Shown: positions 1-9,274 of the stretch, piece by piece
Position numbering within the stretch: the first letter of the stretch is position 1
Layout of the letters: the number at the start of each line of letters is the position of its first letter
Assembly: GCA_052143895.1 (NCBI GenBank)
Contig: JBKQRT010000001.1
Coordinates: forward strand, 2,907-66,906
Direction: 5' to 3'
From: Acidimicrobiales bacterium
GTDB lineage: Bacteria > Actinomycetota > Acidimicrobiia > Acidimicrobiales > RAAP-2
DNA: 64,000 bases
The notes under the pieces: generated by a model
Database searches by the model: none
What the model was told of the DNA's origin: nothing
What the model saw: the letters and a program-made list of their open reading frames with translations, nothing else
Made by a program: the position numbers and the translations under genes

Positions 1-516
1 GGTGCAGGAGCAATCCGAGATCGGAGGAGCCAGTGCGCTGCTGGAATTCCTCCGACAGGAGTTGATGCCCTGGGTCAGCGCATCGAGGCGACGGTGTTCT
101 TCGGGGTCGGTGCCGACGAGACCCACGGCGGCCGAATTCGGGAGTCGGAACGCAAGTCGGCCGAACAACAGGCGCTCACCGCGGTCGTGCCAATCGACCT
201 CGTGGCCGACATGAGCCGCATGGTCGACCGTCTCAAGGGCCGCCGCTCTGCCGGGCTCCTACCCTCCAGCGAGGTCTTTCTCGGTGAGTTCCACACCACC
301 GTGCCTCCGCTCGTCCTGGTCTCCGCCGGGTCTTGGGCGCGCCGGTCTGACCGCGACAGCGGGCCCCTCGGTCCGACCGCAGACCGCCGCTGGATCCGAT
401 GGACGCTGGGGTGGTCTGCATCTTCTTGTTCGAAAAGCTGTCTACGGCGTCGACATACGACACATGCATACGCTCTATACGGGTTCCTTCATAGCCACCG
501 GCCACCACCGACCTAG
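1..516 (+). pseudogene. 3' remnant of an esterase-family alpha/beta hydrolase, apparently split over two frames (window edge truncates it)
   Basis: Frame 2 (2..~85) reads GGASALLEFLRQELMPWV. Frame 1 (from ~85) reads TVFFGVGADE...DLVADMSRMVDRLKG...EVFLGEFHTTVPP. Both resemble conserved blocks of putative-esterase proteins, but they are adjacent and out of frame, with no GxSxG block between them. The last ~115 nt of the ORF (about 400-516) have non-coding-like third positions. Family recall by eye only. Confidence 0.3.
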
Positions 517-517
517 A

Positions 518-1324
518 GTGCACCGGCCACCACCGACGGGCCCCTACCAGCACGGTTTCGATGTCCGGGCCACCGGCGTCATCCTCATGATCATCGGTGC
601 GATAGGAGGGGTCCTGTCGCTGGTTGCCTTGCTGAGCAAGGGATTCCGGCGTCGTCGCACCGTGGTGGACGACGGACGCGGAAGCGTCGTCTGTCGCGGG
701 GACACCTACCTGAAGCGGCGGAGATCCCGACTCCGGCGCACGATGTCCACCAGATCGGCCGGGTCTACCGATCGGTCGGGACAGACTGACGGGGTGCGCC
801 TGTTCGTCGCCGCCGACCCCCCAGAGCCCGTGCTCAGGTTGCTTGCATCCCTCCCGCGCCTGGCCCGGTCGAACGTCCGGTGGACCACGTCCGCACAGTG
901 GCACGTCACCTTGAGCTTCCTCGGAGAGGTGGATGACCCCGGCCCCGTCGTCAACGCGCTCACCGCCCTCGCCAGCCGGCCGGATACCGGACCGGCGAAA
1001 GCTCGCCTCGGACCGGCGACCGCCTGGTTCCCCGGAGGGCGAGTGCTGCAAGTGCCGGTCGAAGGGCTGGACGGGCTGGCGGCCCGGGTGCGCGAAGCGA
1101 CAATCCCGTGGGCTCCCGAGCAACTGGACTTCCGCGGACACCTGACGTTGGCTCGAGCTCGCGGGAGGAAGGCTGGACCGCCGGAGCTGGCCGGCAAGCG
1201 CGTCGCCGCCGCATTCGACGTACCCGCCGTCGTGCTCTACGCCTCGACCCTCGGACCCGGAGCGTCTGTCTACCAGCCAATGGCGACAGTCGCCCTCCAC
1301 CAGAGGAGTCCCAGCAGCAGGTGA
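518..1324 (+). CDS. thpR: RNA 2',3'-cyclic phosphodiesterase (2H phosphoesterase, ThpR/LigT-like), possibly with an N-terminal membrane helix
   Basis: Two HxT/S motifs of the 2H fold (HVTLSF at ~902, HLTLAR at ~1139) with LigT-like spacing. The start is uncertain. GTG 518 lies 1 nt after the upstream TAG and adds a hydrophobic helix (GVILMIIGAIGGVLSLVALL) followed by RRRR. ATG 743 would give a conventional 193-aa protein. Confidence 0.75.
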   Translation: MHRPPPTGPYQHGFDVRATGVILMIIGAIGGVLSLVALLSKGFRRRRTVVDDGRGSVVCRGDTYLKRRRSRLRRTMSTRSAGSTDRSGQTDGVRLFVAADPPEPVLRLLASLPRLARSNVRWTTSAQWHVTLSFLGEVDDPGPVVNALTALASRPDTGPAKARLGPATAWFPGGRVLQVPVEGLDGLAARVREATIPWAPEQLDFRGHLTLARARGRKAGPPELAGKRVAAAFDVPAVVLYASTLGPGASVYQPMATVALHQRSPSSR

Positions 1325-1420
1325 GATCGAGGCAGGGCAGACCGGCCCCGTCGCACTCGGGAGCCCAGGGCCGCGTGGGCGGCGCCACGCCTCTCGCGGA
1401 ACGCCCCACGCACCCCTCTT

Positions 1421-1477
1421 GACAGCGGTTGCATTGCGATATATCGTTACCTGACGTGAGCGATCTCACTAGATCGC
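1421..1477 (+). promoter_or_regulatory. candidate promoter plus operator palindromes upstream of the padR gene
   Basis: TTGACA (1421-1426), 17 nt, then TATCGT. A 10-bp palindrome CGATATATCG overlaps the -10 region. A 7-bp inverted repeat GCGATCT-cact-AGATCGC lies at 1460-1477. This is a local AT-richer island in a GC-rich background. Confidence 0.35.
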
Positions 1478-1540
1478 CGACAAGTGAACGGGAGCGACCA
1501 TCGGGGTCGCCCCCCCACGAACATCGAGGAGAACGAGCTG

Positions 1541-2236
1541 ATGCACGGACACAAGGGATTCACCCAACCAGAAGACGACGGCATCGGCACCGGACGGGGA
1601 TTCCCCGACCGGCGCGTCCGTCACGGTGACCGCTTCGGCGACGCTGCCGCCCGCAGGCGGGGCGGCGGGCGCGGCCGTGGGCGCGGACGCCCGGAAACCT
1701 TCGGCTTCGGAACCGGCTTCGGGCCGCCGATGTTCGGACGAGGACCCAAGCGCGGCCGGGGCGATGTGCGGGCGGCGATCATCGCCCTCCTCGCCGAGGA
1801 GCCGATGCACGGCTACCAGATCATCACCGAGCTCACCGAGCGCAGCGGCGGCGTGTGGCGGCCGAGCCCCGGATCCGTCTACCCCACCCTCCAGGCCATG
1901 GAGGACCAGGGCCTGGTCACCGCCAACAAGTCGGAGGGTCGGCGGGTGTTCAGCCTGACCGACGAGGGCCGGGCCGCAGCCGTGGCTGCCGGCGACGGGC
2001 CGGCGCCGTGGGAGGACGCCGCACGCGGCGCCGACCGCTCGCTGGTCGACCTGCGCGGCCTCATGTTCGAGGTGGGCGCGGCCATCATGCAGGTGGGCCG
2101 GGCCGGCAGCGAGCAGCAGATCAAGGCCGTCGGCGAGATCCTCACCGACACCCGGAAGCGCATCTACCTGGTGCTGGCCGACGGGAGCGGCGACCGTCCC
2201 GACGACACCGAGCCGGAACCGGGCGCCGGGTCGTGA
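1541..2236 (+). CDS. PadR-family transcriptional regulator
   Basis: Winged-helix PadR signature AIIALLAEEPMHGYQIITELTERSGGVWRPSPGSVYPTLQAMEDQGLV. ATG 1541 is preceded by GAGGAG. The track ORF begins earlier, at GTG 1484. Confidence 0.85.
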   Translation: MHGHKGFTQPEDDGIGTGRGFPDRRVRHGDRFGDAAARRRGGGRGRGRGRPETFGFGTGFGPPMFGRGPKRGRGDVRAAIIALLAEEPMHGYQIITELTERSGGVWRPSPGSVYPTLQAMEDQGLVTANKSEGRRVFSLTDEGRAAAVAAGDGPAPWEDAARGADRSLVDLRGLMFEVGAAIMQVGRAGSEQQIKAVGEILTDTRKRIYLVLADGSGDRPDDTEPEPGAGS

Positions 2237-2577
2237 CGCCCGACCCGGGCGTCCTCGACAAGAAGCGCCGCGCCGCCGCCCATCCGGATCGCCCGGGTGC
2301 GCGGCGCGCGGCGCTGCGCAGGTCGTGGCTCCCGGTCATCGATCACGCCCGGTGCGAGGGCAAGCGGGACTGCATAGAGGTCCGCCCCAACGACGTCTTC
2401 GAGGTGCGCCGCATCGACGACGCCGACTTCGCAGCGCTCGGGCGGATGGCCCGTTGGAGGGTGCGGGCCCACCGCATGACCACCGCCTACGCGCCCAACG
2501 CCGACGACTGCCGGGGCTGTGGGCTGTGCATCGTGGCCTGCCCGGAGCAGGCGATCGAACTCACCCGGCTGCTCTGA
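2233..2577 (+). CDS. small 4Fe-4S ferredoxin-domain protein
   Basis: CRGCGLCIVACP cluster motif plus a degenerate first motif (CEGKRDCIEVRP). GTG 2233 overlaps the padR stop (GTGA), implying translational coupling. Confidence 0.7.
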   Translation: MTPDPGVLDKKRRAAAHPDRPGARRAALRRSWLPVIDHARCEGKRDCIEVRPNDVFEVRRIDDADFAALGRMARWRVRAHRMTTAYAPNADDCRGCGLCIVACPEQAIELTRLL

Positions 2578-2634
2578 ACCGACAGCGGGCGTCACCTAAC
2601 GGTCGGCAGCTGCCGCCGACCTACCCCCCCGCGG

Positions 2635-3204
2635 TCAGGCGCCTTCGAAGTCGAAGCCGAGGTCGGGCGCGGTCAGCAACGCCCGGAACGAGTATCCTTC
2701 GGCCGCGGCCATTGCCTCGGCCGTCCCGCCGCGGTCGACCACCGCCAGCAGCAGCCGGACGACCGCACCGGCCGCCTCGACCACGCTCGCCGCCTCGAGC
2801 AACGAGGTCCCCCGGGTGACGGTGTCCTCGGTCACCACCACCATGTCACCCGGTTCCAGCGCCCCGGCGATGCGCCCACCGGCCCCGTGGTCCTTCGCCT
2901 CCTTGCGCACGCTGAACGCCTTGAGCATGCGCCCCCGGGTGGCCGCTACGCCGGCGGTCACGAACGCCACTGGGTCGGCGCCCATGGTCAGGCCACCGAT
3001 GGCGGTCACGTCGTCGGGGATGACCGACAGCACCGCGTCGGCCACCAGCACCATGGCGTCGGGACGACACACCGTCTGCTTGGAATCGATGAACCAGTCG
3101 CTCTTCCGGCCGGACTTGAGGATGAACTCGCCGCGGCGCACCGAGTGCGCTAGGAGGTGCTCACGCAGCGCCTCGAATTCGGCCGCGGGCAGTGACGGGC
3201 TCAC
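2635..3204 (-). CDS. pyrE: orotate phosphoribosyltransferase
   Basis: 189-aa ORF with a PRTase PRPP loop (VVVTEDTVTRGTS) and a PyrE-like N-terminus (GEFILKSGRKSDWFID). The GTG start overlaps the purM stop (GTGA at 3201-3204). Confidence 0.9.
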   Translation of the reverse strand: MSPSLPAAEFEALREHLLAHSVRRGEFILKSGRKSDWFIDSKQTVCRPDAMVLVADAVLSVIPDDVTAIGGLTMGADPVAFVTAGVAATRGRMLKAFSVRKEAKDHGAGGRIAGALEPGDMVVVTEDTVTRGTSLLEAASVVEAAGAVVRLLLAVVDRGGTAEAMAAAEGYSFRALLTAPDLGFDFEGA

Positions 3205-4358
3205 GCCGGCCGAACAGCCCCGGACACGGACCCGTCCGGCCAGAACCCCGGCCCGGCGAACGCCACCCCCCGCTCACCCTCCTCCACCCGTCCGACCGCC
3301 CGGGCGGCCACCCCGGCGGCGCCCAGGGCGTCGAGGGCGTCGTGGACCCGTGTGGCCGACACCATCAGGACCATGCCGAGGCCGAGGTTGAAGACCCGGG
3401 CCATCTCGTCGTCCGCCACCTGCCCGAGACGGCGGACCTCGCTGAAGACGGCCGGCACGTCCCAGGTGCCGCGGTCGAGCACCGCCCGCGTTCCTGCCGG
3501 CAGCGCCCGGGGGACGTTGCCCACGAACCCCCCACCGGTGATGTGGGCGACGGCATGGACCTCGGAGGCGGACAGGGCCGCCCGCACCGCCGGCGTGTAG
3601 ATCACCGAGGGCCGCAGCAGCTCGTCTGCCAGGGTGTGGGGGGCGCCCGGCCACGCGGGCCCGTCGAGGGTGAGGCCTGCCCGTTCGAGCAGCACGTGGC
3701 GGGCCAGCGTGTAGCCGTTGGCCCGGAGCCCGGGCGACGGGAGGCCGACGAGCACGTCGCCCACCTGGACCCGGGCCGACCCGAGGGCCTCGTCGCGCTC
3801 GACCACGCCGACGGCGAAGCCCACCAGGTCGAACTCGCCTGGCTTCATGGCCCCAGCGTGCTCGGCCATCTCACCCCCGAGCAGCGCGGCGCCCACCTGG
3901 CGGCACCCGTCGGCCACGCCGCCCACCAGCTCGGCCATCTGGCCAGGTTCGATGGCCCCCGACGAGATGTAGTCGAGGAGGAACAGCGGCTCGGCCCCCT
4001 GGCACACCAGGTCGTCCACGCACATGGCCACCAGGTCGATGCCGATGGTGTCGTAGCGGCCGGTGGCCTGGGCCACGAGGGCCTTGGTGCCCACGCCGTC
4101 GGTGCCGGCCACCAGGACCGGCTGGCGGAACCGGGAGGTGTCGAGCGCGAAGAGCCCACCGAAGTCACCGAGCCCGCCGAGCACCTCGGCGCGGACGGTC
4201 GATGCCACCAGTGGCTTGATGAGGTCGACGGCCCGCTCGCCCACTTCGATGTCCACGCCGGCGGCGGCGTAGGTGGCGGGACCGTCCGGGGGCACGGGTG
4301 TACCGGCGGTGGGGTCGGGGTGCACCGGGTCGACGGGATCCGAGTCGGATCCGGTCAC
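3201..4358 (-). CDS. purM: phosphoribosylformylglycinamidine cyclo-ligase (AIR synthetase)
   Basis: TYAAAGVDIEVGERAVDLIK...GGLGDFGGLF...LVAGTDGVGTK...DLVAMCVDDLVCQGAEPLFLLDY. The GTG start at 4358 overlaps the purF stop (GTGA). The upstream part of the 629-aa track ORF is a GC artefact. Confidence 0.93.
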   Translation of the reverse strand: MTGSDSDPVDPVHPDPTAGTPVPPDGPATYAAAGVDIEVGERAVDLIKPLVASTVRAEVLGGLGDFGGLFALDTSRFRQPVLVAGTDGVGTKALVAQATGRYDTIGIDLVAMCVDDLVCQGAEPLFLLDYISSGAIEPGQMAELVGGVADGCRQVGAALLGGEMAEHAGAMKPGEFDLVGFAVGVVERDEALGSARVQVGDVLVGLPSPGLRANGYTLARHVLLERAGLTLDGPAWPGAPHTLADELLRPSVIYTPAVRAALSASEVHAVAHITGGGFVGNVPRALPAGTRAVLDRGTWDVPAVFSEVRRLGQVADDEMARVFNLGLGMVLMVSATRVHDALDALGAAGVAARAVGRVEEGERGVAFAGPGFWPDGSVSGAVRPA

Positions 4359-5824
4359 GCCCGGGTCCCGCTGGCGGCGCCGCTCAGCGCTGGCCGCTCT
4401 GAGAGCTGCACCGGCACCGGCACCGGGTAGCTGCCGGTCAGGCAGGCGTCGCAGAACCCGGCGCCGGGAGCGTCGATGGCCTCCACCAGGTGCTCGAGGG
4501 TGAGGTACTCGAGGGAGTCGACGTCGAGGAACTCGACGATCTCGTCGACGGTCTTGATCGACGCCAGCAGTTCGTTCCGGTCGGGCGTGTCGATCCCGTA
4601 GTAGCAGGGCCACCGGAACGGCGGGGACGAGATGCGCAGGTGGACCTCGGTCGCCCCCGCTTCGCGCAGCATGGTGACCATGGCCCGGGTGGTGGTCCCG
4701 CGGACGATCGAGTCGTCCACCACCACGAGCCGCTTGCCGGCGATGTTCTCCCGCAACGGGTTCAGCTTGCGGCGGACCCCGTTGGCCCGCTCGGCCTGGG
4801 TCGGGGCGATGAACGTGCGCCCGATGTACCGGTTCTTGACCAGGCCCTGCCCGTAGGGGATGCCGGACGCCACCGCGTACCCCTCGGCCGCCGGGACGCC
4901 CGAGTCGGGTACCCCCATGACCAGGTCGGCGGGGACCGGCGCCTGGGTGGCCAGCAGCTGTCCCATCCGCCGGCGCGCACCGTGCACCTCGTTCCCGTAG
5001 AGCGTGGTGTCGGGACGGGCGAAGTAGACGAACTCGAAGATGCAGAGCTTGGGGTCGACCCGTTCCTCGGGGAACGGTCGGTCCGAGCACACCTCCTTGC
5101 CGTCGATCACCACCATCTCGCCGGGCTCGAGCTCACGAATGAAGGTGGCGCCGATCACGTCGAGGGCCGGTGACTCGGAGGCCAACACCCAGCCCTGCTC
5201 GAACTGGTCGGTCGCCTCCAGGCGCCCGAGGCACAGGGGGCGGAACCCGTTCGGATCGCGCACGCCGATGATCCGGTCGGCATCGATGAGGACGAACGAG
5301 AACGCCCCTTCGATCGAGGGCAGCACCGCCAGGAGCGCCTGCTCGAGGTCCTCGGCGCCCTCGGCCCGGCTGCGGGTGGGATCGTCGGCGGGGAAGTGGC
5401 GGGCCAGCAGCTCGGCCACCAGGTCGCTGTCGGACGACACCAGGCCGGGCAGCATGCCCGCCGCCTCGCCCAGGGCGGCGGTGTTGGTCAGGTTCCCGTT
5501 GTGGGCAAGGCCGAACCCGGCCCGCCCCACCCCGCGGAACACCGGCTGCGCGTTCATCCAGTCGCTCGAGCCGGCGGTCGAGTACCGGGTATGGCCGATG
5601 GCCATGTGACCCCGCAGACCGGAGAGCTTGCGCTCGTCGAAGACAGTGGTGACAAGGCCCATGTCCTTCATGACGGTGATGACGTCGCCGTCGCTCACGG
5701 CCATGCCCGCCGACTCCTGGCCCCGGTGCTGGAGGGCGTAGAGACCGTCGAAGGTCAGGTGTGCCACCTGGCGCCCCGGGGCGTAGACCCCGAAGACTCC
5801 GCACGCTTCCTTGGCCTCCATCAT
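4355..5824 (-). CDS. purF: amidophosphoribosyltransferase
   Basis: CGVFGVYAP N-terminal nucleophile after a short propeptide, a Ntn glutaminase domain, a PRTase loop (LVVVDDSIVRGTT), and C-terminal Cys residues for a 4Fe-4S cluster. The start could be ATG 5824/5821 or GTG 5842. Confidence 0.93.
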   Translation of the reverse strand: MMEAKEACGVFGVYAPGRQVAHLTFDGLYALQHRGQESAGMAVSDGDVITVMKDMGLVTTVFDERKLSGLRGHMAIGHTRYSTAGSSDWMNAQPVFRGVGRAGFGLAHNGNLTNTAALGEAAGMLPGLVSSDSDLVAELLARHFPADDPTRSRAEGAEDLEQALLAVLPSIEGAFSFVLIDADRIIGVRDPNGFRPLCLGRLEATDQFEQGWVLASESPALDVIGATFIRELEPGEMVVIDGKEVCSDRPFPEERVDPKLCIFEFVYFARPDTTLYGNEVHGARRRMGQLLATQAPVPADLVMGVPDSGVPAAEGYAVASGIPYGQGLVKNRYIGRTFIAPTQAERANGVRRKLNPLRENIAGKRLVVVDDSIVRGTTTRAMVTMLREAGATEVHLRISSPPFRWPCYYGIDTPDRNELLASIKTVDEIVEFLDVDSLEYLTLEHLVEAIDAPGAGFCDACLTGSYPVPVPVQLSERPALSGAASGTRA

Positions 5825-6004
5825 CGGTTGGTCACCGCACACACCGGGGGTCGTCGAGCACGTCGTCCGTCACGATTAGGCCACACAACCACCTCATCGT
5901 GCCACTCCAGCCTAGCGGCGGACCGCCCCGACCAGCGCTCCCGGCCCATCAACGACGGCCGCGGGCCGCCCCGGCCGGGAGGGCCGCCGGTAGCCTCGAC
6001 GGGG

Positions 6005-6853
6005 ATGATCGACCTCCATACCCATTCGAACGTCTCGGACGGGAGCGATCTTCCGGAGCGGATCCCCGAACTCGCGGCCGAGGCCGGCTGCACCGCGGTC
6101 TCCCTCACCGACCACGACTCGCTCGCCGGCCTGGTGCCGGCCGCTCGGCGGGCGGCCGAGCTCGGCATCACGTTCGTGCCCGGCTGCGAGGTCTCCTGCC
6201 GCCCGGTGGGTCCCGGCGGCATGCACGTGCTCGTCTACTTCGTCGACGACGAGGCCAGCCCGCTCGGCGACGAGCTGGTCCGGCTCCGCGACGACCGGCG
6301 GCGGCGGAACCTGGCCCTGGTCGAACGGCTGGCGACACTCGGGATCCCGCTGACCTGGGACATGGTCGTGGCCGAGGCCGGAGGTGAGGAGGGGGTGGGG
6401 CGCCCGCACTTCGCCTCGCTCATGGTGACGCTCGGGGCCGTGGCGTCGATCGACGAGGCCTTCGACCGGTTCCTGGGCAACGGTCGGCCCGCCTTCGTGC
6501 CCAAGTCGCGCCTCGGCGCAGAGGAGGTCGCCGAGCTGGCCCGACGCTCCGGCGGGGTGGCGGTCCTCGCCCACCCCTACAGCCTCGGGCTCGACGGACA
6601 CGACCTGGCCCGGGCGGTTCGGGCGCTGGCCGAAGCGGGCTTCGCCGGCCTCGAGGCGGTCTACGGGCGCTACTCCCCGCGTCAACGCGCCGAGCTCGGC
6701 AACCTCGCCCGGCGCTTCGATCTGGTGGCCACCGGTGGCTCCGACCATCATGGGGCGATCAAGCCCGACCTGCGGGTGGGCACGGGCCGCGGCGATCTCA
6801 AGGTCCCCGACGCGGTGCTGCCCATGCTCGAGTCCCGGCGTCCGGCGGCCTGA
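6005..6853 (+). CDS. PHP-domain metal-dependent phosphoesterase (TrpH/YciV-like)
   Basis: MIDLHTHSNVSDGS...SLTDHDSLAG...GCEVSC...LAHP...GGSDHHG PHP motifs. ATG 6005; the upstream part of the 485-aa track ORF is antisense to purF. Confidence 0.85.
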   Translation: MIDLHTHSNVSDGSDLPERIPELAAEAGCTAVSLTDHDSLAGLVPAARRAAELGITFVPGCEVSCRPVGPGGMHVLVYFVDDEASPLGDELVRLRDDRRRRNLALVERLATLGIPLTWDMVVAEAGGEEGVGRPHFASLMVTLGAVASIDEAFDRFLGNGRPAFVPKSRLGAEEVAELARRSGGVAVLAHPYSLGLDGHDLARAVRALAEAGFAGLEAVYGRYSPRQRAELGNLARRFDLVATGGSDHHGAIKPDLRVGTGRGDLKVPDAVLPMLESRRPAA

Positions 6854-6877
6854 GCGCTCCCAGAGCGCCCCGCAGCG

Positions 6878-6915
6878 CGCCCGGCCGGGTGCACGGCGCC
6901 CGGCCGGGTGCACGG
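6878..6915. repeat. 19-bp perfect tandem duplication (CGCCCGGCCGGGTGCACGG x2, plus a degenerate third copy to ~6930)
   Basis: Read directly: 6878-6896 equals 6897-6915. Each unit contains the palindrome CCCGGCCGGG. It lies in the convergent gap between the PHP gene and purL. Confidence 0.85.
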
Positions 6916-6955
6916 CCGCCCGGCGCGTGCGACGACCGCCACGGGTGCTCCCGTC

Positions 6956-9274
6956 TCAGGCGGTGGCCGGGGCGAGCGCGTCGAGCAGGTCGGGCAGCCG
7001 GTCCCGCCACGACCGGGTGGCCTCGTCCACGCCGACGTCGACCAGGCCCTCGACCACCAGCCGGTCGCCCCCGGCCTCGCCCAGCACCCGGAACCCGACC
7101 CCGGCCTCGGCAGCCCGGGTGATCAACTCACTGCGGCGGGTGGTGCACACCACCACCCTCGACGGCGCCTCGGTGAAAAGCTCGTGGTGGTCGGCAATGC
7201 CGGCCACCCGAAGCCCGATGCCCGAATGGACCACCAGCTCGGCCAGCGCCACACCGAGACCGCCGGCGGACACGTCGTGGATGCCGGCCACCAGCGACTC
7301 CTCCGGTGGGATCCCGGCTCCGGCCGCCCCGACACCCTCGGCCACGGTGGCCGTGACGAATTCGATGAGGCGCCGGTGCCCGGCGAGGTCGAGGGCGGGC
7401 AGCGGCCCGTTGCGATGGCCCCGCCGCTCGACCGCCCAGCGCGAGCCACCGAGCGGCGGCGGCGTGCGCCCGTTGGTGGTGGCCCCGATGCTGGCGTCGA
7501 GCAGGACGATCGACGCCCCGTCCACGAGGGTGACCCCGGGGGGCCGGTGGGCCAGGCGGTCGATGAGCCCGAGCACGCCGATCACCGGCGTCGGGTCGAT
7601 GTCCGCGCCGAAGCTCTCGTTGTAGAGGCTCACGTTGCCCCCGATGACCGGCAGGTCGAGGGCCACACACGCCTCGGCCATGCCGTCGATGGCCTCGGAC
7701 AGCTCCCACATGACCTCGGGATGCTCGGGGTTGCCGAAGTTGAGGCAGTTGACCACCGCCATCGGGCGGGCACCGGCGCAGGCGACGTTGAGCGCGCCCT
7801 CGGCCACGGTGGCGGCGGTGCCGGCGCGGGGATCGATGGCGCACCAGGTCGGGTTGGAGTCGGTGGTGAGGGCGAGGCCCCGCTCCGAGGCGGGCAGACC
7901 GGGGGCGGCCAGGCGGAGGACGGCCGCGTCCCCGCCGGGTCCGACGACCGTGTTGAGGAAGAGCTGGTGGTCGTACTGGCGGTAGACCCACGAGGGATCG
8001 GAGACCAGGGCGAGCACGTCCGGGCCGCAGTCGGCCGGGCCGGGCAGGGCGCCGGGGTCGTCGGCCTCGCGAGCCTCGTGGTCGCCGGGCCGGGCCATCG
8101 GCCTGTGGTAGAGCGGGGCCTCGTCGCTCAACGCCGCTGCCGGCACGTCGCCGAGCACCTCGCCCCCGAAGCCGTCCACGATGCGCAGGCGTCCCGGCTC
8201 ACCGGCAGGCGGCTCGGTGACCCGCCCGACCACCGCCGAGCGCACCTCCCACCGACGGCACACCTCCTCCACCCGGGCGAGGTCCTCCGGCGTCACGATG
8301 GCCAGCATCCGCTCCTGGCTCTCCGAGGTCATCACCTCGTAGGGGGCCATGCCCGGCTCGCGCCGCGGCACCGCCGACACGTCGACGTCCATCCCGACCC
8401 CGCCCCTGGCCGCTGTCTCGCTGGTGGCGCACACCAGGCCGGCACCGCCCAGATCCTGGATGCCTACGACCAGCCGGGCGTCGAGCAACTCGAGGCACGC
8501 CTCGATGAGCCGCTTCTCCTCGTAGGGGTCGCCCACCTGGACGCTCGGGCGCTTGGACGCCTCCTCGTCGGCGTCCTCGCCGCCGAACCCGGCCGACGCC
8601 AACACGCTCACTCCTCCGATCCCGTCCCGACCCGTCGAGGAGCCGAGCAGGACGGCCAGGTTCCCGACGCCGGAGGCCTGGCCGAGCACCAGGCGGCCGG
8701 TGGGCAGCACCCCCATGCACAACACGTTGACCAAGGGGTTCTGCGCGTAGCAGGGGTCGAAGGTCAGCTCGCCGCCGACGGTCGGGACCCCGACCGAGTT
8801 GCCGTAGCCGGAGATGCCGGCCACCACCCCCTCGATGAGCCACCGCTGGCGTGCCTCGGCCGGATCGCCGAAGAAGAGTGGGTCCATGACGGCGATCGGG
8901 CGGGCCCCCATGGTGAAGATGTCCCGCAGGATCCCCCCGACCCCGGTGGCCGCCCCCTGGTAGGGCTCGATTGCCGAGGGGTGGTTGTGGCTCTCGATGC
9001 GGATGGCCACCGCGATCCCGTCACCGGCGTCGATGACCCCGGCATTCTCCCCCGGGCCGACCAGCACGTGCGGGCCCTCGGTGGGCAGCCGCTTGAGGTG
9101 GACCCGTGACGACTTGTATGAGCAGTGCTCGCTCCACATCACCGCGAACAGGGCCAGTTCGAGGTGGTTGGGCGGCCGATGAAGGATGGCCTCGACCTCG
9201 TCGCGCTCGCCGTCGGTGAGGCCGAGTGCCCGGTGGAGCGGCTCGGCGGATTCGGTCCTCGGTTCGGCCGTCAC
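6956..9274 (-). CDS. purL: phosphoribosylformylglycinamidine synthase subunit PurL (FGAM synthase II)
   Basis: LALFAVMWSEHCSYKSS, GENAGVIDAGDG, ESHNHPSAIEPYQGAATGVGGILRD and a duplicated AIRS-like domain. GTG 9274 is preceded by GAAGGAAGAGAG. The remaining 400 codons of the 1171-aa track ORF are rejected. Confidence 0.93.
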   Translation of the reverse strand: MTAEPRTESAEPLHRALGLTDGERDEVEAILHRPPNHLELALFAVMWSEHCSYKSSRVHLKRLPTEGPHVLVGPGENAGVIDAGDGIAVAIRIESHNHPSAIEPYQGAATGVGGILRDIFTMGARPIAVMDPLFFGDPAEARQRWLIEGVVAGISGYGNSVGVPTVGGELTFDPCYAQNPLVNVLCMGVLPTGRLVLGQASGVGNLAVLLGSSTGRDGIGGVSVLASAGFGGEDADEEASKRPSVQVGDPYEEKRLIEACLELLDARLVVGIQDLGGAGLVCATSETAARGGVGMDVDVSAVPRREPGMAPYEVMTSESQERMLAIVTPEDLARVEEVCRRWEVRSAVVGRVTEPPAGEPGRLRIVDGFGGEVLGDVPAAALSDEAPLYHRPMARPGDHEAREADDPGALPGPADCGPDVLALVSDPSWVYRQYDHQLFLNTVVGPGGDAAVLRLAAPGLPASERGLALTTDSNPTWCAIDPRAGTAATVAEGALNVACAGARPMAVVNCLNFGNPEHPEVMWELSEAIDGMAEACVALDLPVIGGNVSLYNESFGADIDPTPVIGVLGLIDRLAHRPPGVTLVDGASIVLLDASIGATTNGRTPPPLGGSRWAVERRGHRNGPLPALDLAGHRRLIEFVTATVAEGVGAAGAGIPPEESLVAGIHDVSAGGLGVALAELVVHSGIGLRVAGIADHHELFTEAPSRVVVCTTRRSELITRAAEAGVGFRVLGEAGGDRLVVEGLVDVGVDEATRSWRDRLPDLLDALAPATA

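Noticed and set aside
5396-6004. Upstream 200 codons of the PHP-gene track ORF
   Set aside because: They are antisense to purF, with no PHP homology before MIDLHTHSN at 6005.
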